Positions 1 through 14,221 of a stretch of 64,000 nt of DNA are shown in pieces. How positions within the stretch are numbered: the stretch's first letter is position 1; every line of letters begins with the position of its first letter. The notes under the pieces were generated by a model. That model was not told where the DNA came from. It was given only the letters and a program-made list of their open reading frames with translations, and made no database searches. The DNA comes from Octopus vulgaris (Eukaryota): contig OX597821.1 in assembly GCA_951406725.2 (NCBI GenBank), positions 62,372,001-62,436,000 on the forward strand. The letters run 5' to 3'. The translations under genes and the position numbers were made by a program.

Positions 1-325
1 CGAGAAATTAAGTAGCAGTTGCGTACTGGGGTCGATGTAATCGACTATCCCCACTCTTCCAAAATGTCAGGCATTGTGCCTATAGTACTAAAGAATATAT
101 ATATATATCAGTATGGCAGCGATCTGGCAGAAATTCTAGCTCGCCAGGCGAAGTTCTTAGCGGTATTCCGCCTCTCTTTACGTTCTGATTTCAAATCCCG
201 CCGAGGTCGACTTGCCTTTCATCCTTTTGGAGTCGATAAATAAATTACTAGTTGCTCTCTGGGATCGATCTAATCGACTGCCTCACTTCCTCCAAAATTT
301 CGAACGTTGTGTCTAGTGTTGAAAA
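1..325 (+). mobile_element. SINE family B (Deu/Nin-domain-like), tail of one unit plus one complete unit
   Basis: GGCAG..CTGGCAGAA head at ~114; core GCCGAGGTCGACTTGCCTTTCATCCTTTTGGAGTCGATAAA resembles the Deu/Nin domain; same sequence recurs at ~5700, 20180, 25750(-), 26540, 56000. Confidence 0.75.
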
Positions 326-1361
326 GAATATATCTATGTCAGCATTATCTGAAACGTAAAGTAACAAACATTGATGTAATAAGCGAATTGGAATGGATTG
401 CACCATATATTGAAGAAAGATTAATTTATTCATAAGATATATTTGATCAAATGAGTACACTTTTGAATAATTCAGTCTCTATTCCTAAATCAATTGGGCA
501 AACCATATCACGATGTCACGAGTTAAAATACGCTACTATATACTGAATAATATTATTAGAGGCAATAAAACACTTATGCTATAACGGTCTTAATCTCACT
601 CAGAGAAGTGAATGAGACATGATGATGAAAATGAACTTTCTATCGAAGTATATATGCCTAAGTACAAAGACAGCACAATCTTTGAAACCAGTTATTTAAT
701 ACACTATTTACTTGTTGATAAAGGGTAATGAAAATATCTAAGTTCATCTAACGAGGAATGTGGGGCCAATACTTTTGTGTTATAACATTAAATTCATATA
801 TCTGTTGCTTCAGAATTATGATTATAATTAATATAATGCATTCTTCATAATAAAGATGTTTTACACAAACACACACATATACACACACACGCACACACAC
901 TCACACACACATGCGCGCACACAACTGAATAGGGAGAAAGAGTGAAAGGAGAGGGGTCATATAAAAGCGTATAACCTGTTAATCTGAAATGTTGAGAGAA
1001 GTGCTTTAGCGCCCCCAAGAAAACATTCGTCGTAGAAAGCATGGTGATCTCTCTTTGCCCTAAGTTTATGAACGACTGGACATAGTGAACAATGAAAGGA
1101 AGTGGTAGAGAATTCGTTAGTTGTGATTTCAATGGAAGAACGAAGAGAACAAAGTCGGAGAGACAACTGGAAGCCTAGGCGGAGGTCGAGAATGAGAGAA
1201 ATGATGTGAATTCATAAATAAGAGGAATATAAGATGAATTTGCTTATATCAAGATGTTTTGGCATTTGACATTTTAATGAAACCATGTGGTTATTTTTAC
1301 TGGCGCCGTAAACCAACGAACCCCTCGAGTTTTTTTTTTGTATTTCATATGAATGAACTGT

Positions 1362-1364
<3 letters not shown>

Positions 1365-1431
<67 letters not shown>
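1365..1431. repeat. (ATT)n microsatellite flanking Dong/R4 fragment
   Basis: Direct reading; a second (TTC)n(TTA)n tract lies at 2069-2183 on the other side. Confidence 0.95.
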
Positions 1432-1435
<4 letters not shown>

Positions 1436-2064
1436 TAGTTTTATTTTTATAGCGTGCTTTCATTTCACTACCCAGCAAAACTCTGTGTGCCTTAGGTATG
1501 TGCTGTGATTTGTTGTGATGCTCTGATGGTTATTGTATGGAAAGTATTCTGCGTAGGATGTGTGCAGTGCCTAGTAGTGCAATTTTCTGTATGTTATATG
1601 TGTTTGTAAGTCCTGGTGTTTTTTGTTATGTATTTGTCTGAATATTTTTTTATCATTCCTAATGCACCTACTATGATAGGAATTGTTTCTTTTTTTAGAT
1701 TCCACATTCTAGTTACCTCTATTTCCAGGTCTTTGTATTTTGAAAGTTTCTCCATTTCTTTTAGAGACACGTTGTCATCTGCTGGTATTGATACATCAAT
1801 TAGAAAGCATTTTTTTCTTCATGATCTCTGACAACTATATCTGGTCTGTTGGCCTTCATTTCTCTATCTGTGTGTATCGGCATATCCCAGAGTATGGTTG
1901 CTTTCTCGTTTTCTGTGACCTTTTCTGATGTGTGCCTATACCATCTTTTTCTGTTGTTATTCCATAATGTTGGCATAGCTTCCTGTGTATGTAGGTCCCA
2001 ACTCTGTCATGTATGTGAATATATTCCTTCTTAGCCAGGACTGGGCAGCCAGAGATAATATGAT
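1432..2064 (-). mobile_element. 5'-truncated R4/Dong-clade non-LTR retrotransposon (CCHC end + restriction-like endonuclease + 3'UTR)
   Basis: Minus translation across homopolymer frameshifts: HIISGCPVLAKKEYIHIHDRV...ILWDMPIHTDREMKANRPDIVV...FLIDVSIP...EKLSKYKDL...QKIALLGTAHILRRILSIQ*; lies between TAA-type repeats, the known Dong target. Confidence 0.9.
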
Positions 2065-2111
2065 TTATTTTTCTTCTCCTTCTTCTTCTTCTTCTTCTTC
2101 TTCTTCTTCTT

Positions 2112-2183
<72 letters not shown>

Positions 2184-5040
2184 GTTTTGAGGTTGGAACG
2201 AAGTCAGATGCGCTGTTGATGAGCAGCGTATTCATCAGTTTATTGAGGATTGTGATCACAATAGAAAGGTTAACTTGTTAATGTTTATAGGGAAAGATTA
2301 GGCCGACGAACTATAAAGGGAAAATACAATTATGAAAAGTATTCCTGATAAGTTAGTATAGATTCTCTGGTTGGTTGAGTGTTGGCCGTTTACTATCTTT
2401 TAGAAAAAAGCAACAACCATTCTCCTCTCGAATGCCAAATGTTTCGTTTCCTAAATTGTGTGTATTTATAATGCGGTCTGCCGTCTTGTTGCTAGATTTT
2501 ACGTTGAACATACATGTGATGTACTTGGCAATCAACAGCAGTTAAGGAAGTTTTGATAATGTATGTAATGAATATACCCTTTTATATGATGTGCTATATG
2601 ACATATGAACATATGAGTGTGTTTGTGCGTGTGCGTGTGTGTGTGTATGAGTGTGTGTGTGTTGTATGTGTGTCCGTCTGTGTGTGCACGCGAGTGTGTA
2701 TATGTTGTATTAGTAGCTGTATGCATTCGGTAGTGCAGCACGTCAGGATTGCGCAGTCAATAATTACTTTAGATATTGCTATGGAATTTATATAACAGTT
2801 GCCGTTTGTAGTTTGATTATAACTATACTGTGTAGTTTTTACTCGTTTGGGGAAATGCAGTTAGTGTGATAAGTTGGGAAAAGATCATGCCATTGTTGTG
2901 TGCTAGAGAGCCTTTTGCCTAAGGCTTTATATCATTACTTTGATGTTAGTGTTGATTGATGCCACTTGTTTGAAAATGCTCTCTGGTATTGATTTTTTTT
3001 CACAGTTTAGTATTTTCGTTCCGGGTATGATTTCAATAAAGCACTCCCGTGTTTTTTTGTTTTTTTAACCAGTACATACATATAATAATGTTTCGCTCGT
3101 TGATTATATATCAGCAGTAGTACCGTTCGAATTTTATTTATTCTTTCACTCTTCTGCAAATTTGGATTAGAAGACTTTTTAAAAAAATTTCTCTATTTGC
3201 ATTTATTTATCATTTGATCTTACTGGAATATTTTACTGTATTATTCCTCACTTACCATTACATAAAAATGTAAGAAATTCTGCGGAATAACAGTATGTCT
3301 GTAGTTGGCAGTATCAAATTAGTAACAATATGGATTGCAACAGTGTCAATAAGATCACTTGAATGTTCTAATGAAACGGGAGAAATTATCACGAGTGTAG
3401 TAGGGTTTCGAGTACGAATAAATAATATCTCAAGCTGTCCAGTAAATTGTTTTGCCAGATAATAACTCCGTTTAAATCTAGGACGCTTTAATGTTATTAG
3501 CTTTAATGCTTGTCAGTGCAGTTTACAATAAAGATTACCCTCAAAGAGATTAGATGGTGAATCATACGAACGATCCATTATTATGTCTGTTTTATTTTAT
3601 GAGCGGTTCAAGTGTTAACTTATGTTTGTGTTAGCCATAATGTCTTTATTACTATATATATGTGTGTCTGTGAGTGTGAATGTATGCATTCATATATGTA
3701 TGTATATATGCATGTGTATATAGAGGAGTGAAAGTGCGCTGTGTGGGCGGATCTATCTGTGTGTTTCTGTGTGTCTCGATAAATGTCTTTTGTTTCACTG
3801 ATAAACATAGAGTTAAGTACGTTTCACAATATTTGGTCTAAAGTAGAGACTAATCTTTAAAGAATATTATTAATTTGGCTCCGGCATCAATGGTACCATA
3901 TTGCTAAGTGTGATTAACATAGACTATATGCGTATGAAGTAGTAATTCAAAGCTAGGAATTTAGTGCAGTCACAACAAAATTCTCAGTTATTAAATTGTT
4001 GCGAATCCAAAACGAACTACTGATGATGTTTGCAATACCCGTGAGTCCAAGTATGCCTCAATGGGGGTGAAATATCATTTCTCAGCAAAATAATTCCAAA
4101 TTCGATGCAGATGTGTTCCTCCCTGTGAATATTCCTTCTACAGTATCCGTCCTCCATGGAACAATAATTTGTGAGTGTAATTTTCCAGGCTGAATCTATG
4201 CAGAAGATGGTTCTATTCCCCACTCCTCTTTCTCTATTTCCATATCTCTATACACATGATATACTTATATGAATAACACACACATGTATCTATGCATGTA
4301 TGTATATATGTCTTTATGTTTGTATGTATGTATTGCGGTGTGGTGTGGCTCAAGCAGCACTTTTAAACAGGGAGTAGAGAATAGGTGGAGCTACGTGTGT
4401 TTGACAGCGAACTAACATAAAAGTATCGTAAGAAAGCACAAAAAGATAATAAAAACTTTACACCTATTACTTAACTGGCTGTCTAGTTGAAGACTACCTT
4501 AAATTTAGCAGAAGCCCTTCATGAATCGCGTCTGCATTTGAACTTATCGATGTGTAAATTTACGGCACGGAGAAGGATATGTGTTTTATTCATGAGAAAT
4601 GAGAAATACACACTGCTTGTCCAGGTCAAAGTAGGTTTACCTCCCTAAAGCAAGACATCTGAGTTCGTTATTACGAATCAAGGATTTATGTAAGTGTATT
4701 TCTTTGCCATGTTACTATAGACTGAAAAACTACACAACTGTTCATATATTCTCATGTGTAATTGTCATTTTGCTGTCACGATTTAAGCCTATCCGCAAAC
4801 GCAAGTACACTTTTAGATAAATTTTAAACATATTGACCATCCGGTGTCTGGTGGTTCATACTTTCATCTGAGTGAAGTTCTTCTAAGACGACATGCTTCT
4901 TATGTGATGCACTCGCTAAATAATAGCCATTGTCTTAAAGCATAGCTAAGCCTTATTACTCTGACAGGAATATCAGGCCACATTAATTTCTTAATCGATT
5001 TTCCATCTGCTGGCTGTAATCTGACAGGCGTGCGTAAACC

Positions 5041-5108
<68 letters not shown>

Positions 5109-5289
5109 TTGTATGTATTATGTATTATGTATGATACATTACTGTATGTATGTATGTATGTATGTATATATATATTTGTTTACTTAGGGCCAATTGAAAC
5201 AGTTTTCTCGATTTTTCTTTTCGTTTTCTCTAGTTCAATGTATTCCTCACTGTCTCCGTCATTATGGGTCTGTCAGATGGGACCCAGGT

Positions 5290-5628
5290 AGAAATTTCCC
5301 TCTCAAAATTTCCTTGAAAAAGGTATATTTAAGGATGGTGAAGCAAGCATCCCCTGTTCCGAGGGGTGAACTATGCAACACTTACAGATTTTCTTCCAGC
5401 AGATGCCTACAGTGCTCCCCCATTTCCCGTGATCAGGAATGCAGGTACCTTCAACCACTAAAGAACATGCTCAGCTGGTTATGGTCAAGCAACCGAGAAG
5501 CAAAGGTGTGGTATTGAGCAGAATATTTGCTGTAGTCCATCTTTCATATCAAGATAAAACTTGTGCATGATAATTCTTCTAAAGATAAGAAGCCATGGGA
5601 ACCATTGCCTTGTACTACATCAGGGCGC
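5290..5628. repeat. Unclassified interspersed repeat related to 54620-55195
   Basis: Shared blocks TTTAAGGATGG, TGTGGTATTGA(G/A)CAGAATATTTG, CATGATAA, GTACT..ATCAGGGC. Confidence 0.55.
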
Positions 5629-5882
5629 CTTGTTTTTTTTTTGTTTTTTGTTTTTTTGCTGTAATTTATAAAAGTTGCACTAAAGTTTCAACCAGAGAGT
5701 TTGCAGCATTTCGTTCGTGTTTAGATTCTGAATTCAAATGACCCTGAAGTCAGCTTAACTTTTCATCCTTTCGAGGTCGATCAAATAAGTAACAATTGAA
5801 CAATGGAGTCGATGTAACTGACTTTTCCTCTCCCTTAAAACTGCAGGACTTATGCCCATAGTAGGAAGGTTTATTATTACAA

Positions 5883-5906
5883 TCATCACATCATCACCAT
5901 CGTCGC

Positions 5907-5996
<90 letters not shown>

Positions 5997-6091
5997 TATC
6001 ATCATCATCATCACCATCACCATCATCATCATCAGCAGCAGCATCACCATCATCACCACCACCAACAACACCACCACTATTACCACCATCG

Positions 6092-6156
<65 letters not shown>
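5883..6156. repeat. (CAT)n/(CAC)n trinucleotide repeat
   Basis: Direct reading; explains the poly-S and poly-M ORFs. Confidence 0.95.
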
Positions 6157-6158
<2 letters not shown>

Positions 6159-6823
6159 GTTACTCTATTTGTCAACTTTGATACTCTGTAAATTTGTTCC
6201 TTGTTCTTTAAGAAATTTCTCCAACGAAATTTGTTTTTTCACCAATATTAATTGGAGTAGACATTCTTGGGAAAAAGATTGTTTAAAAAAATTGATTGTC
6301 TACTCTAATTAGACAAACACTGATTTTGATTCGTCATTTACAAACAGGGGCATTTTATTAAGAATTTCATTGACGTTTCATGACGGAGGAACAGTTTGAG
6401 ACAAGACATTCTTATTGATGCTTATGCTAAAACTGTCGTCTACTCTTTCTATTGACAAAGCGAGAAACAGATTTTTTTCCTGAGCTGTTTTAAAGAAATA
6501 TAACAGCAAATAATAACATAATGTGTAAATATTTACTTTGACAACACGACTCCGATGCGGAAATGCCACCGGTATAAACACCAAGAATACCATCACCACT
6601 GTGAACCGCATTAAAACAAACACCAGCAGCAGCAACCGTTCAAGAATTTGGACCTGGAGATCTCCATTTCCAGCGACTTCGAGGACCACCTCCCAGTGGT
6701 GTCGGGCGTCAACGAAGAGCCCTCGACTACAACAAGACGACCAAAATTTTTTTCCAAGGTCTGGGGTCTCCCGCCCCTAAGCCCCAGACCATCACCTAAT
6801 CACCCTTACCCGTCTTGTTGCTT

Positions 6824-6863
<40 letters not shown>

Positions 6864-6909
6864 GCAGCAGCAGCAGCAGCAGCAGTAACAACAATTAAGT
6901 AAATGATAT

Positions 6910-7235
6910 ACAGTGGAATAGATATCACCGTGATCGCCGTGACTGACTAGGCTATCAGATGTTGCTACACATCGCTGGTCACAATGTACTTCGTATTGTC
7001 TTAGCCTTCAAATGACGCCACCCCGCTGGCTAAGCGAGCAGGCGAGCAGAAAAAAGGGTGAGAGAAAGTTGTGGCGAAAGAGTACAGCAACGATCACCAA
7101 CACCCACTGCTGGTGCCTCGTGGGGCTTTAGGTGTTTTCGCTCAATAAACACTCACAACGCCCGGTCTGGGAATCAAAACCGCGATCCTACAACCGCGAG
7201 TCCGCTGCTCTAACCACTGTGCCATTGCGCCTCCG
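6910..7235 (-). mobile_element. SINE family C (tRNA-derived)
   Basis: Minus head GGAGGCGCAATGGCACAGTGGTTAG..CGGACTCGCGG..GGTTTTGATTCC (A/B boxes); homologous to 9085, 15685 and 49683 copies. Confidence 0.8.
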
Positions 7236-7799
7236 GAAAAGATGTGTAATGATGATATCTAGAATACCTATGATAAGTTTAAGAATGTCTGAGAAATTCA
7301 TAAGAGGACAAATAAGTTTTAGACTTCTCAGCGTCAGTAAAGCAGGAATGAATTACAATGACACAAATATTTCTGAGTGCAACCCCAAGAAGTGTGGTTC
7401 ATTTTTGTGAGCCGCACTCAAGGGAAGTAAGCATTTCGTTCAGAACAAAACAAAACGTATAAAGAGGCGTAGACGTAGTGGTGCATCATGAAGCTTTCAT
7501 TGCAAAACAGTCACCACGCATGCTTATAAGGAAGAATTGTTATATAAAACCTTTCTCTTGCTCATGCAGAATTGTTCCAAAATATATGTGGTGGCTTCTT
7601 TGAAACACTAGTAAATGAAGAATCTGGTTCAACAGAAGCTTCCGGCTGAGGTAAAGACGCGAAAACGTACAAGACAAACCCATATGTCGATTTGGAATAT
7701 AGCTTTGTTCTTAGTCTATAGCGCGACGCTCTACAAACGTGGTTATCCAAAGCTTTCCTCCAAACCTGGACCAGAAGTTTTTATGGTGTTTTTAGTATA

Positions 7800-8800
7800 A
7801 CATGGTGAGATTATCGATTTTCGTTTTCTCTTATGAGAGTTCCATATGTACTTGATTGGAAGTTATTATCCTAATTATGCCCGAATGCATATTGAAAGCA
7901 AACGAAACATGATGCTAGCAGAAATGAGAATATCTTTATAGTGCGTGGATAACGGAAGCATCAAACAATCTCAGACCCATTTGAAGCAGCAACTACAAAA
8001 CAAGTCACCGATGTTAAACACCAATAAGAAATGAACTGAAAGTAGAGCAACGGAAGTTACACCTACAGCCAAAGATTGCCTCTTCTCTTTAAAGCTAGAA
8101 AATATTTCATGATTCAGCAATTGCTGAAACTCTGTAAGCTTAAACAAGAACCACTATAGCGCGTTGCTTCACAATTTCAATAGAGTTGCTGCTAGAAACA
8201 GGTGCTATAGACTGCATCCAGAGAATTCCAAGTCGATTGGTTAGCCTTATATTTTCAGACACACGCTTGCCCAAAGACTTACACCCTACCTTCTGTACTT
8301 TTTCTATTGTTAATATAATGGTTTCTGACTCACAGGTCTAACAGATCTTGTGTTTCCCCCATCTCAGGCAATTCCAACACATTACTTCTTCGACTTTTCG
8401 TTATCTCTCTTGTGTCTACCTACCGAGGAGCACACACTAAACAATATACCCAGTTCTTCCTTTTCAGTCACCGCAAATGGTGACTCTATTTTTAACACCG
8501 TAAATTGGAATCAATCTCAGTGGTGTCGGGGAGCCGTCTTGCAGAAAGCATTCGTAGAGTAAACTATAAAGGGCTTAAGACACTACAACACCAATTAAAT
8601 CAACACAACTAAAAATCTGTTCAGAAAAGAATATGATTATAATCTTCTCTGCATTTTCTTCAAACAGAAATTAACATGAAATTCCGTCGGATATGTCATT
8701 GGATTTGATTTCTTCAACGGCCTCAGCTACCGAAGTTAAACCAGCAAACTACACATCCATCTGTTCTTTATAAAATTTAGCAAGTAGCAAATAGGAGGTC
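7800..8800 (+). pseudogene. Highly decayed LINE RT fragment, clade uncertain
   Basis: Remnant LQKAF-RVN-KGL (RT domain 3-like) near 8540; many stops and frameshifts. Confidence 0.35.
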
Positions 8801-9084
8801 GTGAGTCCGACACATCTCCCTACAAGGCAAATAAAAACAACAGTAAAAATAGATAAACAATTTCATTGTTGATGGCAGAAAATGGGTTTAGTAAATTCAA
8901 AAATTTGGTAACTTAAACCATATATGGAGAAAATAATAACTTACCAACCAATACGTTAAAGGACGGAACTACTTCAGCTAAGAACAGCTATCTTTTACAG
9001 ATACGATACTTTATAGAGAAATTGTCATCGATCCCGAGCCTTTTAAAAGGAAACTATTATTAAAAGTACCGTAAATATATTTAG

Positions 9085-9385
9085 GTGGATGCGCAATGGC
9101 CCAGGGCAGGAACTCCCGGTCGGAGGATCGCGGTTTCGATTCCCAGGCTGGGCGTTGTGTATGTTTATTGGGCGAAAACACCTAAAGTTCCATGAGGCCC
9201 CGGTAGGGGGTGGTAGCGACCCCATTGTACTCTTTCGCCGCAACTTTCTCTCACTCTTCCTGTTTCTTGGGTAACACTGCGATGGACTGGCGTCCCGTCC
9301 AACTGGGGGGAACACATACGCCACAGAAACCGGGAAACCGGGCCCATGAGCCTGGCTAGATTTGAAAAAGCGCATAAATAACAAA
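9085..9385 (+). mobile_element. SINE family C
   Basis: GCGCAATGGCCCAG head, GGTTTCGATTCCC B box, CTGCGATGGACTGGCGTCCCGTCCA block, A-rich tail. Confidence 0.8.
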
Positions 9386-11824
9386 TAAAAGATATTTAGG
9401 GAATACTAAGTGGTCTATACTTTCAAAAATTACCAATAAATGAAGGGTTCTTCTCTAATTTTCCCTACAGCAAACATAATAATGATGCCTAATGTTGACT
9501 GCACAAATGCGGTGAGGGGGGGGGTCAACTTCGTTTTACGTACGTTTTGGTTGTATGAAATAAGTACTAGTCAAATAATGCTCCAGGTTATCGACTGTTT
9601 CTGTTCTTAGATGTTTATGTCTGTATTTTATTATATTATAAATCACTATTATTATAATCTACCATATTGAAATTTTAGAACATTTTTGTATATATTTCCC
9701 CCAAAGATGAAAAGCATTTCCTGTTGTATTAACATGATCTTGGCGTTTTCCTTTACATACTATGAAACAGCAAAGAATCAATAATGTTCGCGTGAAGAAC
9801 CCGATATATAAAAATGAGGAAGTCTTTCATGCCGACGAATGTCATGCATAAGAAATGGTCAAAGAAACAAGATGGTGCTTTCTGTAACATTTATCAAAAG
9901 AGTCAAAACCCCGGAGATGAAGCTATTCATCATTTCTCGCAGCGGTAGCCATACCCACAGACATAAAGTCACAGAGATACATTCATATATACAAGTACAT
10001 CAACTGTTTAGTTTTGATATTCGATTCGATAAAATGACTAATTTCTTTCGTTTGTTTTATTCCTCAGGTGAATTGAAATGCATAATTTTCCGATTCGATC
10101 TTATCTATTGAACAAACAGTTTTATCATTCGAACGAATATTTATGTGGTTTTTCATGCGATTTGGTAAGCTTGGATATATTTTACTACACTCATTGATCT
10201 TACCACCAACATGCTGCTCACAAATAACATGGTGAAATAGTTACGACTTTTACTATATGTAAAATAATTCGAGCGATCATTGAGAATCTCACAATCATTT
10301 TAACATAGTCTCAATGCTCTCACTTTGTTTTCAGATTCTCTTTAAGTTTTCAGCTATAAACCTGCCTTAACATTTACGCAACTTCTCATACGCGCAAATA
10401 CAATACATAAAAAAATATGAACAAGCGCCATAGTATATAGCTACATGCACCTCTCTATCTGCATATCTCTCTTTCTCTCTCACTACGTCTGTATATAATG
10501 CGTCGTCAAACACACACTCACACATATATGCCTGAACGCGTAATCACATCAATATCAGTCCATATTTTCTGATGCCATAGTAAATCTAGGTGTCATGCAG
10601 CGTCCAGTTATAACTCATTCGAAAAAAGTATGAGAAAATAAGGAATGGTTAAGGAGGTTTACATGTAATGAATATATTAAATATGATTGTATCACTACAA
10701 CCAGACATGTATATTACATATCTGCATTATGCTGGAATGAGACCAACAGCGTTTGCTACAATATGAATTCCTGCATTCAATGAAAGATAATAATCAAACG
10801 TACCATTGTTCTTTCAATGCTGTTTCAACGCCTACCACTTAGAACTTCATAAATTTAGCGGCTTTGTGCAGAGCCCTGTCAGATTTCCAAGTTATCCAAT
10901 AATTTTTATTATAAAAAGACATTTCATTTATTTATTGTGCTGCTATCATGATTAATTTAGTCACGTAATAATGGGTGAATGGCATGAAGTGTAGTTTGGT
11001 TATGATGAAAAAATGTATTTTAATATATTCGAAATAAGCTTTGAAATTCCGTTGTTTCACCATGCGTTCTTCTACCAACTTCAGAATACAACATATACGT
11101 ATATTTACAAAATGTTAATATTCTATATATTATTGAATTTCAGTTCATCCCACACGCATATAAACATACACATATACACTTAGATATAACGAATTCTCTT
11201 TAACTAATATATCATATCATTACAACAACACCAACTTTAAACATAAAAAGAATTTGCGAAGTACAAATACCCGCAATGCATTTGGCGAAAGTAGATGATG
11301 CTGTCAACTACTAAATATATCTGTTGAAATTCTAATAAAATCGCAAAATTGAAACAGATTGTACGAAAACATTTAATTAATTCTCTACTGAAAACATGTG
11401 AATTGGCACTTGTTGATATCACTCCACTCTAACGTATGATATGAGACATATTGGACGCCTTCGACTTAATCCGAAATGCAATCAGACATCTCCATATACG
11501 CGAATGCACTCACAAGCATAAAAGTGCAGGCGCCCTCATATACATATGGTTCAAAATGATAAAACAATTCGATATATTATTACTTTACAACATTTATAAA
11601 TTTTACGGTAACAAACTGGCTGCTAGAAATTGCAGCGTTTCATCTCCGCCAGCAATGTATAGGTCTGGTGGTTGTGGCACTGGAGACGGCGGAGATTTAT
11701 TTCTCTGCTAGCGATATAAACATGAGTGTGATTTTGCACCGAAAGCCAAAATGAGATTTACTTTCATACTAACAACTGCAGTAATGTTGGTTTTAACAGA
11801 ATATCGCTTTTAACTGGGAATGCT

Positions 11825-11862
<38 letters not shown>

Positions 11863-12329
11863 CATATATATACAAATGGGTATCATTTAAGTTTCTGTTA
11901 ACCGAATTAATACTCAAGGAAATGTTTGTCCGTGGCTATAGTTGAAGACGCTTCCCTATTTTACCACGCCGTGGGACTGAATCTGCAACAAGCAAAGTGT
12001 CATACTAAATTCTCCGATAGTTTTACAGTAAACATTTGAAAATGTAACGCATACTTAATTCATAATGTTTAATTTGGTATGAAAACGCACACACACACAC
12101 ACGTATACACACACGTGTTTGTGTGTGTGTGTGCATGTGTGCGTGTGTGCTTGTGCGAGTGTACCCGTGCTTTACGGTCTTTTAGGAAAAAATAATTTTG
12201 AAAATTATTAATTATATTTAAAATGACTAAAACCTTAAAAAGAACGGTATGACAAAACCATTTTGGAAGGTCTCCATAGTATGTTAGCGCTTTCGCAGAT
12301 TACCACTTTTTAAAACACCCATGTTATGT

Positions 12330-13600
12330 AGTAAGAAGTAAAGAGGGAGCAGATATTTGTAACGGTTTTGATTATTTTCGTTAAATTTGAATAAGATATC
12401 TGTAAAAATATACTTCAGCCTTTCGTTGTTGAAAACTTACTTGAAAGATACTGAGAGTGGGGGAGAAATATATTTGAATTTTCTATTTGCACAGATGTGT
12501 TAGTTGTTTACTACATGCACCTTCTCTAAAAGATGGATCTTTGATATATATATTTTTTAATGCCCCCTAACTCGATATGATAATTATGATCCCGTATAGC
12601 CAACGTGATTCTCATTGGACATGTGATGCAGTCAAGAATTATTTTTATTTTGGAATTATTAGTTCCATTAATCTTGAAATTCTTCCCTCTCTGGAATGCT
12701 TTTGTTTTACTCCGTTTAATTAATTCACACGTCACGCAATAAAGGTCTCCATATTCTGTTGCCTGTATCACGTCTTCTTCTGTTGTGGATTTCACGTCTT
12801 TTAAGATCTGTTGTTTATTTTTAGCAGCTGATAATTTTTAATTATTCTTTAAATATTATTCTTTAATCATTTTACTGAGTTTTTCAGGATTGATGGAGGA
12901 TTGGAAGTCATTTTTTAACTGAATGTAAGATGTTATGATTTCTAGGGTGACTATAAATGGGATATTCATTCATTTCTCTCAACTTCGCTGCCATTGTGAG
13001 TGTTTCACTATTAGACAGGGATTGGAATCTTCTTTAGTTTGGTCATGGCACGATTTACTGTTTTGTATTAGTTTTGTTTCTAAAGAAATTTTTTCCATTC
13101 TACTTGTCATTTCTCGCATCCATTTATTTGTGCGTCTGCCTATTGAAAATATTCTTTCTTGCCGTATTAAATGGATATTCCTTTAAATATAGTATCAGTG
13201 GCAAGATCTAAAATGTAGGTACGGGTGTGTGTCTGTGACTTTGCTTTAATGATCGCCTGTAAAGGTGTCATTTTGTGCGCATATTGGTTATTCAAAGAAA
13301 TGGAAGTGTAGGACGTTCTGCACATAATATGTACCACAATAGCCTTTAGCTTTTCATGAATTTTGGCGGTAATAACCCCAGTCCTTATATAGTATATCTT
13401 TCGTACAGCGAAAAACAAACTCTAAGCGTATCGACAATGTATTTCAGAAGAATTTTGCCAAAACACAAAACGGAAACTATCCGTAGAGTTAGTATGTTAT
13501 ACGAAGGTATCCACGGAATTTTGAGCAACGGTTGTGGAATGTTCAAATTTACCAGCAGCCTCTTCTCTACAAGTTTATTTCAGATTATGTAGTTAGGAAT
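12330..13600 (-). pseudogene. Decayed Penelope-like element (RT C-half, thumb, GIY-YIG)
   Basis: Minus-strand remnants TDTHPYLHFRSCH, NIPFIVT/HPRNHNILHSVKK*LPILHQS, GDLYCVTCELIK...FKING...IILDCITCP, collinear with the intact PLE at 39-42 kb. Confidence 0.8.
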
Positions 13601-14187
13601 GTTTTCGATCGTATCATTTATAACAAACTTTTATTCACTTACACATCAAAGCAGACCTTAGGACTATATACTGAATTAATTATTAGTAGTTGTACTTTCT
13701 AAGTGCATAATATGAAATATTAATTGCTTTTCCTAATATATTAAATTATATATCGTTCAATGCCGTAGCTTTTAAAACTGACATTATATATTTTGCTTTT
13801 CAATGTATATCATTTAAAAGATAGAAAATTGTTTCTATTTCTACACACTTTGAAGTGTGAATAAGTAAGAAGAAATAGTTAAAGTTTATGCATGAAGATA
13901 TTCTTGCCTTCAAGAGTAAATGAGGCAGCAAGTACTATCACGCAGATGATATTGGTAAGTAATAGATTAAATTTAATGGCTATTTTCCTCTGAAGATCTG
14001 CCTTTTCAGTATTATCATGCAATCGTCTACGTAACGATTACCTCATAACAAATTTATTTGATTATGAAATAAATATACACATTATGTAATTTCATTTTAT
14101 AAAAAAGTATATTCTACCTTACCATGCTTTCATGTATATACACACAAACACACATATATATATATATATATATGCGCGCATGGATGA

Positions 14188-14221
<34 letters not shown>

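Noticed and set aside
2340-3050. Possible PLE endonuclease remnant (IRE...RPTLN)
   Set aside because: Too few residues match to support a call
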